NCBI GenBank assembly: GCA_017501545.1
Contig: JAFVWS010000014.1
Span: 14,180 to 78,179 of the forward strand
DNA: 64,000 nucleotides
Source: Clostridia bacterium
GTDB lineage: Bacteria > Bacillota > Clostridia > Oscillospirales > CAG-272
Reading direction: 5' to 3'
The notes beneath the pieces are model-generated. The model searched no databases and was not told the DNA's origin. It saw only the letters and a program-made list of their open reading frames with translations. Positions 46,183-55,009 of this stretch are shown piece after piece. Position numbers and translations under genes: made by a program. Each line of letters begins with the position of its first letter. Position 1 is the first letter of the stretch.

Positions 46183-46578
46183 TTACCAAACAAATGCGAG
46201 TACTTCGCCGCCAACGTTTTCACGTCTTGCTTTTTTGTCTGTCATAATGCCCTTTGAAGTAGATACGATAGCAATACCAAGGCCGTTCATAACCTTTGGC
46301 ATATCCTCACAGTTTGAGTAAATTCTAAGACCTGGCTTAGAAACTCTCTTAATACCGTGGATAACCTTTGCTTTTCCATCATACTTAAGTGTAATTCTGA
46401 TTACGCCTTGTTTGCCGTCTTCGATAACGGAAACTGCCTTAATGTATCCCTCTTCAAGAAGGATGTCAGCGATTGCCTTCTTCATATTTGAAGCAGGAAC
46501 ATCAACTGTTTCGTGTTTTGCATTGCTTGCATTTCTGATTCTTGTAAGCATATCTGCAATTACGTCTGAAATTTGCAT
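46183..46578 (-). CDS. rpsH: 30S ribosomal protein S8
   Basis: Conserved S8 sequence ([13 protein letters not shown]). Confidence 0.97.
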   Translation of the reverse strand: MQISDVIADMLTRIRNASNAKHETVDVPASNMKKAIADILLEEGYIKAVSVIEDGKQGVIRITLKYDGKAKVIHGIKRVSKPGLRIYSNCEDMPKVMNGLGIAIVSTSKGIMTDKKARRENVGGEVLAFVW

Positions 46579-46719
46579 TTTATTTTCCTCCTAATTATGC
46601 AAGGCACCAAGCTTTGCTGCCGAGTATTTCATCGGCCGCTTACCGATGGTTAAACTTACGTTTCCTTTCGGTTAGATTGGAGTGAATACTCTTTGTATTC
46701 GTTATTTTTATAATTTAAA

Positions 46720-46905
46720 TTACCAGCTTGCCTTTCTTACACCTGGGATTTCACCAGCATAAGCGAGCTCGCGGAAGCAGATACGGCAAACGCCGTACTT
46801 ACGGAGATAACCGTGAGGTCTGCCGCAGATTTTGCAACGGTTGTATTCTCTTGTTGAATACTTTTGTGTTTTTTGCTGTTTAAGCACCATAGCTTTCTTA
46901 GCCAT
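46720..46905 (-). CDS. rpsN: 30S ribosomal protein S14, type Z (zinc form)
   Basis: 61 aa with [23 protein letters not shown]. Confidence 0.96.
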   Translation of the reverse strand: MAKKAMVLKQQKTQKYSTREYNRCKICGRPHGYLRKYGVCRICFRELAYAGEIPGVRKASW

Positions 46906-46923
46906 CTTCAGTCAACCTCCTAA

Positions 46924-47463
46924 TTATTTCGCGAATGGAGCGCCCATAAGTGTAAGGAGCTCTTTTGCTTCTTCGTCTGTTGTAGCTGTTGTTACGAATG
47001 TGATATCCATACCACGGATCTTGTCAACCTTATCATATTCGATTTCTGGGAATATGAGTTGCTCCTTAAGACCCATTGAGTAGTTACCACGACCGTCAAA
47101 GCCGTTTGCGTTGATACCCTTGAAGTCACGTACTCTTGGAAGTGCAAATGTGAAGAGTCTGTCCATAAATTCGTACATTCTCTCGCCACGAAGTGTAACC
47201 TTTGCACCAATCTTTACGCCCTCACGGAGCTTAAAGTTAGCTACGCTCTTTCTTGCGTATGTTGGAACAGCCTTTTGACCTGCGATCATTGAAATTTCTT
47301 CAACAATCTTATCAATTACCTTTGAGTTGTCTTTTGCATCACCAGCGCCAACGTTGATAACGATCTTGTTGAAGCGTGGAATTTGCATTGTGCTCTTGTA
47401 AGCAAACTTAGTCATAAGAGCAGGAGCAACTTCATTCTTGTATATTTCTTTCATTCTTGACAT
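46924..47463 (-). CDS. rplE: 50S ribosomal protein L5
   Basis: Conserved L5 sequence and gene order. Confidence 0.97.
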   Translation of the reverse strand: MSRMKEIYKNEVAPALMTKFAYKSTMQIPRFNKIVINVGAGDAKDNSKVIDKIVEEISMIAGQKAVPTYARKSVANFKLREGVKIGAKVTLRGERMYEFMDRLFTFALPRVRDFKGINANGFDGRGNYSMGLKEQLIFPEIEYDKVDKIRGMDITFVTTATTDEEAKELLTLMGAPFAK

Positions 47464-47478
47464 GTCAGTTACCTCCTA

Positions 47479-47808
47479 TTAAAGCTCTTTTCCGCATTTT
47501 GCGCAAACGCGTACTTTCTTACCGTCAATAACGGCGTGCTTAACTCTTGTGCCCTTGTTGTGCTTTTCGCACTTTGAGTTTTGGCAAACTAATTGTACCT
47601 TTGATGCGTACATAGCGCCTTCTACCTTAAGAATACCGCCTGTTTCGCCCTGTCTTCTTGGCTTTTGGTGCTTGGAAACAATGTTTGCTCCCTCAACGAT
47701 AACCTTGCCTTCCTCTGGGCTTACAGCGATTACCTTACCCTTAACACCCTTATCATCACCAGAGATAACGATAACTGTGTCATCACGTCTTACATGCATT
47801 TTCTTCAT
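47479..47808 (-). CDS. rplX: 50S ribosomal protein L24 (with C-terminal four-Cys motif)
   Basis: KOW motif VRRDDTVIVISGDDKGVKGKV. Start taken at MKKMHV, 8 nt after GGAGGT. The C-terminus carries CX4C...CX2C. Confidence 0.95.
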   Translation of the reverse strand: MKKMHVRRDDTVIVISGDDKGVKGKVIAVSPEEGKVIVEGANIVSKHQKPRRQGETGGILKVEGAMYASKVQLVCQNSKCEKHNKGTRVKHAVIDGKKVRVCAKCGKEL

Positions 47809-47824
47809 TATCATTTACCTCCAA

Positions 47825-48193
47825 TTAAAGTACTTCTGGTGCAAGAGAAAGAATCTTTGTGTATTCCTTTTCACGAAGCTCTCTAGCCACTGGGCCAAAG
47901 ATACGTGTTCCTCTTGGTGTTTTGTCTTCTTTAATAATTACTGCTGCGTTCTCATCGAACTTAATGTAAGAGCCGTCTGCACGACGTACGCCCTTAGCGC
48001 TTCTTACAATAACAGCCTTTACAACGTCGCCCTTCTTAACAATGCCACCAGGAGCAGCCTTCTTAACTGAGCATACAACTACGTCGCCGATGTTAGCATA
48101 TCTTCTGCCTGTACCGCCGAGTACTCTGATGCAAAGAAGCTCCTTAGCGCCTGTGTTGTCGGCAACCTTCATTCTGCTTTCTTGCTGAATCAC
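47825..48193 (-). CDS. rplN: 50S ribosomal protein L14
   Basis: [17 protein letters not shown], conserved L14 sequence. Confidence 0.97.
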   Translation of the reverse strand: MIQQESRMKVADNTGAKELLCIRVLGGTGRRYANIGDVVVCSVKKAAPGGIVKKGDVVKAVIVRSAKGVRRADGSYIKFDENAAVIIKEDKTPRGTRIFGPVARELREKEYTKILSLAPEVL

Positions 48194-48270
48194 TTTCTTT
48201 ATCCTCCTAATAAGGTTTCCCTAAATTTCGGCACATTGTATTTTATAATGTACCCTCATAAAGGATTAGA

Positions 48271-48531
48271 TTATTTAACTTTTTCTATGATTTGAACAAG
48301 TCTCCATCTCTTTGTCTTTGAGAGAGGTCTTGTTTCCATTACTTCAACGATGTCGCCGATTGAGCACTCGTTGTTTTCGTCATGAGCGTGAATCTTTGTT
48401 GTTCTCTTGATGATTTTGCTGTATACTGGATGCTTTACGTTATCTCTTACAGCAACAACAATTGTCTTGTCCATCTTGTTGCTAACAACAATACCAACTC
48501 TTGTTTTTCTGAGGTTACGTGTCTCTGTCAT
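48271..48531 (-). CDS. rpsQ: 30S ribosomal protein S17
   Basis: Conserved S17 sequence and gene order. Confidence 0.97.
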   Translation of the reverse strand: MTETRNLRKTRVGIVVSNKMDKTIVVAVRDNVKHPVYSKIIKRTTKIHAHDENNECSIGDIVEVMETRPLSKTKRWRLVQIIEKVK

Positions 48532-48547
48532 AACTCATTTTCCTCCA

Positions 48548-48736
48548 TTACGCATTCTTCTCGTTGAGAATGGTTTTTACACGAGCGATGTCTTTTTTAA
48601 CATCTGCAATCTTGTGAGGATTTTCGAGCTGGTTAATTGCATGTTGGAAACGAAGATTAAAGAGTTCTTCTTTGAGTTCTTTAAGTTTCTTTTCAAGCTC
48701 TTGTACACTCAAATTTCTAATTTCAGTTGTTTTCAC
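48548..48736 (-). CDS. rpmC: 50S ribosomal protein L29
   Basis: Conserved L29 sequence and gene order. Confidence 0.96.
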   Translation of the reverse strand: MKTTEIRNLSVQELEKKLKELKEELFNLRFQHAINQLENPHKIADVKKDIARVKTILNEKNA

Positions 48737-48740
48737 AGCC

Positions 48741-49169
48741 TTATTCCTCCTCTGCCTCGTTTTGCTCTCTTGTTACAAACTTACATTTGATAGGGAGCTT
48801 ATGCATAGCGAGACGCATAGCCTCTCTTGCGATTTCTTCAGAAACGCCGTCCATCTCGAACAATACTCTGCCCGGCTTAACAACGGCTACCCAATACTCT
48901 GGTGAACCCTTACCTGAACCCATACGAGTTTCAGCTGGCTTCTCAGTGATTGGTTTGTCAGGGAATACCTTAATCCAAACCTGACCGCCACGACGAATAT
49001 ATCTTGTCATAGCAATACGTGCTGCTTCAATTTGGTTAGCTGTGATCCATGCTGGCTCAGCTGCAACGAGACCATATTGTCCGTTTGTAACCTTGTTTCC
49101 GCGTGAAGCCTTACCCTTAAGGCGACCTCTTTGTACACGTCTGTATTTAACTCTCTTAGGCATTAACAT
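48741..49169 (-). CDS. rplP: 50S ribosomal protein L16
   Basis: [11 protein letters not shown], conserved L16 sequence. Confidence 0.97.
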   Translation of the reverse strand: MLMPKRVKYRRVQRGRLKGKASRGNKVTNGQYGLVAAEPAWITANQIEAARIAMTRYIRRGGQVWIKVFPDKPITEKPAETRMGSGKGSPEYWVAVVKPGRVLFEMDGVSEEIAREAMRLAMHKLPIKCKFVTREQNEAEEE

Positions 49170-49930
49170 TAGCGCTCGCCTCCTTCGGTGTTCTTAGGAG
49201 CACGTGGTGCTCTGCGTGCATTGTTACGGCCTTCCTTTGCGTCCTTGTTGAACTTTCTTCTTGGTCTGTCCTTCTTTTCTTCAGTTGTTTTATTAACCTC
49301 GGAAAGGATTTCGCCCTTGTAAATCCAAACCTTAACGCCTATCTTACCGTAAGTTGTGTTAGCCTCCCAAAAACCATAGTCGATGTCGGCTCTGATTGTT
49401 TGAAGAGGAATTGTACCCTCGTGGTAGTGCTCTGTACGAGCAATTTCTGCGCCTGCAAGACGACCGCTACAAGCGATCTTAATACCCTTAGCGCCAAGAC
49501 GCATTGTTCTACCAATCGCTTGCTTCATAGCACGACGGAACGCGATACGTCTTTCAAGCTGGCTACAAATGCTTTCTGCAACGAGCTGAGCGTCAAGGTC
49601 AATTGGCTTAACCTCAACTACGTTTACAACTGCCTTCTTGCCAGTAAGCTTTTCAACGTCTTCTCTAATCTTATCGATTTCTGAACCACCCTTACCGATG
49701 ATCATGCCAGGCTTTGCACAGTGGATAAATACCTTAACTGTTTCCTTAGCATCTCTTTCGATTTCGATCTTAGAAATACCAGCTGATAAAAGCTTGTTCT
49801 TAAGATGTTCTCTTAAATTATAGTCAGATACAAGGATATCGCCGAACTTTTCGTCAGATGCGTACCATCTTGAATCCCAATTCTTAATTACGCCAACGCG
49901 CAATCCATGAGGATTAACCTTTTGTCCCAT
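49169..49930 (-). CDS. rpsC: 30S ribosomal protein S3 (basic C-terminal extension)
   Basis: [13 protein letters not shown], conserved S3 sequence; 253 aa. Confidence 0.97.
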   Translation of the reverse strand: MGQKVNPHGLRVGVIKNWDSRWYASDEKFGDILVSDYNLREHLKNKLLSAGISKIEIERDAKETVKVFIHCAKPGMIIGKGGSEIDKIREDVEKLTGKKAVVNVVEVKPIDLDAQLVAESICSQLERRIAFRRAMKQAIGRTMRLGAKGIKIACSGRLAGAEIARTEHYHEGTIPLQTIRADIDYGFWEANTTYGKIGVKVWIYKGEILSEVNKTTEEKKDRPRRKFNKDAKEGRNNARRAPRAPKNTEGGER

Positions 49931-49943
49931 AGTCGACTCTCCT

Positions 49944-50282
49944 TTACTCTTTTTCTGCCACTTCTACTGTGATGTGGCTTGTTCTTTTTAATATTCTGTT
50001 AGCGCTTCCCTTACCTCTTGGCATTACTCTTTTGAGCATATGGCTGCCAGCTGTTACAAAGCACTTTGAAACATAAAGTTTTGATTTGTCCATGTTATGA
50101 TTGTTTTCAGCATTCGCTACTGCACTAGCAAGAACCTTCTCAAGAATCTCAGCACCTCTTTTTGGTGTGTTCTTAAGAATGGCTGCTGCCATTTCAACAT
50201 CCTTGCCACGAATGAGGTCAAGAACTATTTGAACTTTGCGAGGAGCGATGCGAACATCATAAAGGTATGCTTTTGCTTCCAT
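49944..50282 (-). CDS. rplV: 50S ribosomal protein L22
   Basis: Conserved L22 sequence and gene order. Confidence 0.97.
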   Translation of the reverse strand: MEAKAYLYDVRIAPRKVQIVLDLIRGKDVEMAAAILKNTPKRGAEILEKVLASAVANAENNHNMDKSKLYVSKCFVTAGSHMLKRVMPRGKGSANRILKRTSHITVEVAEKE

Positions 50283-50299
50283 TAGATGTTAGCCTCCTA

Positions 50300-50581
50300 T
50301 TATTTACCGTTATTAGATGTTTTTGATCCTGCGTGACCTTTGAATGTTCTTGTAAGTGCAAACTCACCGAGCTTGTGACCTACCATATCTTCGGTTACAT
50401 ATACTGGAACATGCTTTCTGCCGTCATGAACAGCAATTGTGTGTCCAACAAACTCTGGGAAAATTGTTGAAGAACGTGACCAGGTCTTCAAAACTTTCTT
50501 CTCGCCTTTTTCGTTCATAGCTACTACACGATTGAAGAGCTTTTCTTCTACGTAAGGCATCTTTTTCGAACTTCTGCTCAT
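50300..50581 (-). CDS. rpsS: 30S ribosomal protein S19
   Basis: Conserved S19 sequence ([17 protein letters not shown]). Confidence 0.97.
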   Translation of the reverse strand: MSRSSKKMPYVEEKLFNRVVAMNEKGEKKVLKTWSRSSTIFPEFVGHTIAVHDGRKHVPVYVTEDMVGHKLGEFALTRTFKGHAGSKTSNNGK

Positions 50582-50595
50582 TATTTCTTCCTCCC

Positions 50596-51423
50596 TTATC
50601 TACCGTTTCTTCTCTTAACGATGTATTTGTTGGTTCTAGCCTTCTTGTTTCTGGTCTTGTAACCAAGTGCAGGTTTACCCCAAGGAGTAACAGGGCCTGG
50701 TCTACCAACTGGAGACTTACCTTCACCACCACCGTGAGGGTGATCGCATGGGTTCATTACTGAACCACGTACTGTTGGGCGAATACCCATATGACGTGTC
50801 TTACCTGCTTTACCAATCTTAATGGTGTCATGCTCGATGTTACCGATTTGACCAATTGTAGCCTTGCAATCAAGTCTTACAAGTCTTACCTCACCTGAAG
50901 GAAGACGAACTTGTGCCATGCCGTTTTCTTTAGCCATAAGCTGAGCTTGTGCGCCAGCTGTACGAGCAAGCTGACCGCCCTTACCTGGGTAAAGCTCAAT
51001 ATTGTGAATAATTGTACCTACTGGAATATTTTCAATAGGAAGTGTGTTACCAGGCTTAATGTCTGCATCTGCGCCAGAGTAAAGAACGTCGCCGTCTGTA
51101 ACTCCGAGAGGTGCAATTACATAGCTCTTCTTACCCTCTTCATTTTCGAGAAGTGCGATATATGAGGTTCTGTTTGGGTCGTACTCGATACCAACAACAG
51201 TTGCCTTAGCGTCCTCTCTCTTGAAGTCGATAATTCTGTATTTTTGCTTATTTCCGCCACCATGATGACGAACTGTGATCTTGCCGTAGCTGTTACGTCC
51301 TGCGTGCTTCTTCTTTGTTTCGATTAAGCTCTTTTCAGGAGTAAACTTTGTAACCTCGTCAAATGAAGCTACTGACATATGTCTTCTTGATGGTGTCGTG
51401 GGCTTATATTTCATTGTTGCCAT
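50596..51423 (-). CDS. rplB: 50S ribosomal protein L2
   Basis: Conserved L2 sequence ([13 protein letters not shown]). Confidence 0.97.
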   Translation of the reverse strand: MATMKYKPTTPSRRHMSVASFDEVTKFTPEKSLIETKKKHAGRNSYGKITVRHHGGGNKQKYRIIDFKREDAKATVVGIEYDPNRTSYIALLENEEGKKSYVIAPLGVTDGDVLYSGADADIKPGNTLPIENIPVGTIIHNIELYPGKGGQLARTAGAQAQLMAKENGMAQVRLPSGEVRLVRLDCKATIGQIGNIEHDTIKIGKAGKTRHMGIRPTVRGSVMNPCDHPHGGGEGKSPVGRPGPVTPWGKPALGYKTRNKKARTNKYIVKRRNGR

Positions 51424-51441
51424 TTTAGCTTACCTCCCACA

Positions 51442-51735
51442 TTAGTTCAAGCCGTTAAAGAACTCGATTTCCTTTGAAGAAGCTGTAAGTGTTACAATTG
51501 CTTTCTTCCATTCAGCTGTATAACCGAAGTGGTATCCAAGTCTCTTTGGCTTTTTCTTCATATTAATTGTATTTACCTTTGCAACCTTAACGCCGAAAAG
51601 CTCTTCAACTGCATTTGCAATCTCTGGCTTTGTTGCGTCAGCTGCAACCTTGAATGTGTATCTCTTGCTTGAGATGCCATCCATTGACTTTTCTGTAATA
51701 ATTGGTTTGAGGATTATATCCTGAGCGAATTTCAT
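51442..51735 (-). CDS. rplW: 50S ribosomal protein L23
   Basis: Conserved L23 sequence and gene order. Confidence 0.96.
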   Translation of the reverse strand: MKFAQDIILKPIITEKSMDGISSKRYTFKVAADATKPEIANAVEELFGVKVAKVNTINMKKKPKRLGYHFGYTAEWKKAIVTLTASSKEIEFFNGLN

Positions 51736-52358
51736 TACGCATATACCTCCTCTAATTTCTGTACTGCAGCTTGTGCAAATACGATTGTGTTGCAGTTGAG
51801 GATGTCATAAACGTTAAGTGTGTTTGTGTAAGCAACCTTAACGCCAGCGATATTTGCAAGGCTCTTAACTACCATTGCGTTTGGAGCATCAAGAACTACG
51901 AGAGCCTTTTTGCCTGCGCCAACGGCTGTTAGCATGCTTGCCATTACCTTTGTCTTGTAGCTTTCTGCTACGATTGAATCTACAACTACCATTTCATTGT
52001 TTGCTACCTTAGCGCTAAGAGCACTGAACATAGCGATTTGCTTAACCTTCTTATTAAGCTTCTTTGTATAAGAACGTGGCTTTGGACCAAGAGCGATACC
52101 GCCGTGTGTCCATTGTGGTGAACGTGTTGAGCCTTGTCTTGCTCTACCAGTTCCCTTTTGTCTCCATGGCTTTCTTCCGCCACCAGAAACTTCACTTCTT
52201 GTAAGTGTTGACTGTGTACCTTGTCTTTGGTTGAGAAGATATGTTCTCACTGCAGCGTGGAGGACAGCCTTGTTTACTTCAGCACCGAAAATAACGTCGG
52301 ACAATGTGATTTCGCCAACCTCAGCGCCAGTCATATTTACAACTTTAATACTTGGCAT
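51735..52358 (-). CDS. rplD: 50S ribosomal protein L4
   Basis: Conserved L4 sequence (GGGRKPWRQKGTGRAR). Confidence 0.97.
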   Translation of the reverse strand: MPSIKVVNMTGAEVGEITLSDVIFGAEVNKAVLHAAVRTYLLNQRQGTQSTLTRSEVSGGGRKPWRQKGTGRARQGSTRSPQWTHGGIALGPKPRSYTKKLNKKVKQIAMFSALSAKVANNEMVVVDSIVAESYKTKVMASMLTAVGAGKKALVVLDAPNAMVVKSLANIAGVKVAYTNTLNVYDILNCNTIVFAQAAVQKLEEVYA

Positions 52359-52376
52359 TGTTTATTCCTCCTTTGA

Positions 52377-53006
52377 TTATGCTTTTACGCTGTCGCGAAG
52401 AACTACGATGCTGTTCTTTGCACCTGGAACGGCGCCCTTAACTGCGATAAGGTTCTTCTCTGCGTCAACTTTAACGATTTCAAGGTTTAATACTGTAACT
52501 TGCTCGTTACCGTATTGACCTGCCATTTTCTTGTTTTTGAACACTCTTGATGGTGTTGAGTTAGCACCCATTGAACCAACTTGACGGTGGATTGGACCTG
52601 TACCGTGTGTTGCTTGGAGCATGTGATGGCCCCATCTCTTAACTGCACCTGAGTAACCGTGACCCTTTGTAATGCCTGTAATGTCGACCTTTTCGCCTGC
52701 TGCGAAGGTATCGGCTGCTATTACATCGCCTACGTTGTACTCTGCGCCCTCGAGTCTGAATTCCTTGAGATGCTTCTTTGCTTGAACGCCTGCCTTCTCA
52801 AAATGGCCCTTAGCTTGTTTGTTTACGTGCTTTGCAGATACGTCTTCGTATCCAACCTGGATAGCATTGTATCCATCTGTTTCTGTGGTCTTCTTTTGTG
52901 TAACCACACAAGGACCGGCCTCGATAACTGTTACAGGGATTACTGCGCCGTTTTCAGCGAAGATCTGTGTCATACCGAGCTTCTTACCGATAATTCCTTT
53001 TTTCAT
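52377..53006 (-). CDS. rplC: 50S ribosomal protein L3
   Basis: Starts [16 protein letters not shown] with GGAGGA RBS. The first ATG of the track ORF lies inside the RBS. Confidence 0.96.
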   Translation of the reverse strand: MKKGIIGKKLGMTQIFAENGAVIPVTVIEAGPCVVTQKKTTETDGYNAIQVGYEDVSAKHVNKQAKGHFEKAGVQAKKHLKEFRLEGAEYNVGDVIAADTFAAGEKVDITGITKGHGYSGAVKRWGHHMLQATHGTGPIHRQVGSMGANSTPSRVFKNKKMAGQYGNEQVTVLNLEIVKVDAEKNLIAVKGAVPGAKNSIVVLRDSVKA

Positions 53007-53164
53007 TTTGCTTTCCTCCATATTATTTGGTTATTGGTTGACGTTTTGTTTTTGTCGTAGCCTTCGACACGTCAACTTGACCTGACCGTCATCATAGACT
53101 TACGCTTGTGAGTAACTGTAAGCTGCTACTGCTCGGTGGGGTATGGCTTTTTGCTTAGCGAGAA

Positions 53165-53476
53165 TTAAAGCTTAACTTCGATTTCTACGCCAGCTGGTAA
53201 TTCAAGACTCATGATAGCGTCAAGTGCCTTCTTAGATGGCTTAACGATTTCGATAAGTCTTTTGTGTGTGCGTTGCTCGAACTGCTCACGACTGTCCTTG
53301 TACTTGTGAACCGCACGGAGAATTGTTACAATCTCCTTCTCGGTTGGGAGTGGAATAGGACCTGATACTGTCGCGCCGTTTCTCTTAGCCGCATCAACAA
53401 TCTTTTCAGAAGCTGAGTCAACGAGCTTGTGGTCGTAACCCTTAATTCTTACTCTGATCTTTTCATTTACTGCCAT
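53165..53476 (-). CDS. rpsJ: 30S ribosomal protein S10
   Basis: [15 protein letters not shown], conserved S10 sequence. First gene of the S10 operon. Confidence 0.97.
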   Translation of the reverse strand: MAVNEKIRVRIKGYDHKLVDSASEKIVDAAKRNGATVSGPIPLPTEKEIVTILRAVHKYKDSREQFEQRTHKRLIEIVKPSKKALDAIMSLELPAGVEIEVKL

Positions 53477-53738
53477 TTTGCTTTCCTCCTTAAATAGAAA
53501 TTTGACGGGGACTTTTTGCTCTTACACCGTCCCGTGTGTTTCCTTCACCTGCTTAACAAATCCGAACCTTGCGGTCCGGTACAAATGCAAGCGGGTGTCT
53601 GCCAAGCCTTTGTTGGCGGGAGATACACTAAGCTGCATTTAACTGCTTTGTGAATCGGATGCACTCCACGAAAATTCCCCTCAAACGCCATAGCAGTAGG
53701 ACATTTGAAGCAACCTTTCGCTTCACTGCACACCAAGC
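53477..53738 (-). promoter_or_regulatory. Long (~260 nt) GC-enriched, hairpin-rich 5' leader of the S10 operon
   Basis: Lies between the predicted promoter (53746-53774) and the rpsJ ATG. Hand-found helices include CCGGACC-GCAA-GGUUCGG (GNRA loop), AAAUGCA...UGCAUUU enclosing GCCAA...UUGGC, UGAAGC...GCUUCA, and GGGAC...GUCCC just before the RBS. Confidence 0.6.
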
Positions 53739-53745
53739 GTAGATA

Positions 53746-53774
53746 ATTTTATCATATATATAGGGAATTGTCAA
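53746..53774 (-). promoter_or_regulatory. Near-consensus sigma-A promoter TTGACA-17-TAAAAT (TG-extended) with an A-rich UP-like flank, for the S10-spc-alpha cluster
   Basis: Reverse complement reads aaaaaaaatgTTGACAattccctatatataTGaTAAAAT. Confidence 0.7.
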
Positions 53775-54122
53775 CATTTTTTTTAATTTTTGGGATTTTG
53801 CATTTTTGTCAAACGTAAAAAATAAAGCTGTTTTTGTGCACTTTGACGAAAATTTGTGCTATTTTTTGCAATTCTGCCCCAAAAAAGGCTTGATTATGTT
53901 TAAATTTTCTTGATTTTTCCTAAAAATTTCGTATGATTGCACAAATCGTGTTTTTTGTCGATTTTGTTTTTTTCTACCTATTTATATATAGTTACTATTA
54001 TATAAGGATTTTTCATAAGCACTATTGGCTTCTCTTTTGGATAGCTTTTTAATAAAAAAACGGATTTTCAGCGAAAAACTGCTTGTTTTTCTGCCAAAAA
54101 CCCGTGATTTTTGCATTATTTT

Positions 54123-54827
54123 TTACTTTTTATGTCCATAATATGCATTTGGGCCGTGCTTTCTGTCGTAATGCTTTCTTAAAAGCACCTCTTGCATTCT
54201 TTCAACGTTTCCATTTGCTTGATACATTAAGATTTCCGTGTTGTACGCCATCATAGCAACCTGCTCAAGCACAACCGCAGCCTCAACAGAGGATTTTGCG
54301 TCATCACCCCACGTAAACGGTCCGTGTGAGTGAACAAGTGCAGCGTGCATTTGCTGAACACCTGTTTCCTTAAGCGCCTCTAAAATTACTGTGCCTGTTT
54401 CCTTTTCGTATTGACCCTTAATTTCAGCATCGGTCATTTTTCTTGTGCAAGGAATTGTTGTTCCGAAATAGTCAGCATGAGTTGTTCCATATGGTGTAAT
54501 GCCCCTGCCCACTTGAGCATAAATAGTAGCCCATGGTGAGTGAGTATGAGTTACACCACCGATTTCCGGATATGCCTTATAAAGCTCCAAGTGAGTTGGT
54601 GTATCTGAGGATGGCTTAAGTGTTCCCTCGATAACGTTTCCATCAAGGTCGATAACTGGTAGCATATCAGGAGTTAAATCATCGTACTCTACTCCTGATG
54701 GCTTAATTACAACCAATCCTTTTTCTCTATCGATTCCACTTACGTTTCCCCAAGTGAATGTAATAAGATTGTATTTCACAAGCATCATATTTGCTTCATA
54801 TACTTCTTTTTTAAGTTGTTCTAACAT
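54123..54827 (-). CDS. araD: L-ribulose-5-phosphate 4-epimerase (class II aldolase fold)
   Basis: 234 aa, colinear with E. coli AraD as I recall it: [13 protein letters not shown]..., [31 protein letters not shown] and HSHGPFTWG. Confidence 0.9.
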   Translation of the reverse strand: MLEQLKKEVYEANMMLVKYNLITFTWGNVSGIDREKGLVVIKPSGVEYDDLTPDMLPVIDLDGNVIEGTLKPSSDTPTHLELYKAYPEIGGVTHTHSPWATIYAQVGRGITPYGTTHADYFGTTIPCTRKMTDAEIKGQYEKETGTVILEALKETGVQQMHAALVHSHGPFTWGDDAKSSVEAAVVLEQVAMMAYNTEILMYQANGNVERMQEVLLRKHYDRKHGPNAYYGHKK

Positions 54828-54859
54828 TTTTCCTCTCCTTTTTTGTCAAAGCTATAATT

Positions 54860-54888
54860 ATAGTATCAAATTTTTTAAATTTAGTCAA
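54860..54888 (-). promoter_or_regulatory. Sigma-A promoter TTGACT-17-TACTAT (TG-extended) for araD
   Basis: Reverse complement reads TTGACTaaatttaaaaaattTGaTACTAT. Confidence 0.45.
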
Positions 54889-54926
54889 TACTTTATTCTA
54901 TTTTAAGCCACTTTTTACTAAAACGC

Positions 54927-54955
54927 TTGATTTTTATTATTTTCTGTGATAAACT
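54927..54955 (+). promoter_or_regulatory. Sigma-A promoter TTGATT-17-TAAACT (TG-extended) for the membrane-protein gene
   Basis: TTGATTtttattattttctgTGaTAAACT. Confidence 0.4.
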
Positions 54956-55009
54956 CATAATAACTAAGTATGTAATGTCTTTTAATCAAATTTGGAAAGG
55001 ATTACTTAA

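Noticed and set aside
53545-53736. 63-aa minus-strand ORF (MVCSEAKGCFKCPTAMAFEG...) inside the rpsJ leader.
   Set aside because: There is no Shine-Dalgarno before its start, and its composition is random Cys/Pro/Gly-rich. The region is better explained by RNA helices. A regulatory leader peptide cannot be fully excluded, but nothing supports it.
53477-53738. The possibility that the structured region is a known housekeeping RNA (SRP/4.5S RNA, 6S RNA, RNase P RNA, tmRNA, T-box or riboswitch).
   Set aside because: I could not find the SRP domain IV consensus (GGAAGCAGCC-like), the RNase P GAGGAAAGUCC box or a T-box sequence. There is no terminator before rpsJ. The call therefore stays at the level of an unclassified leader.
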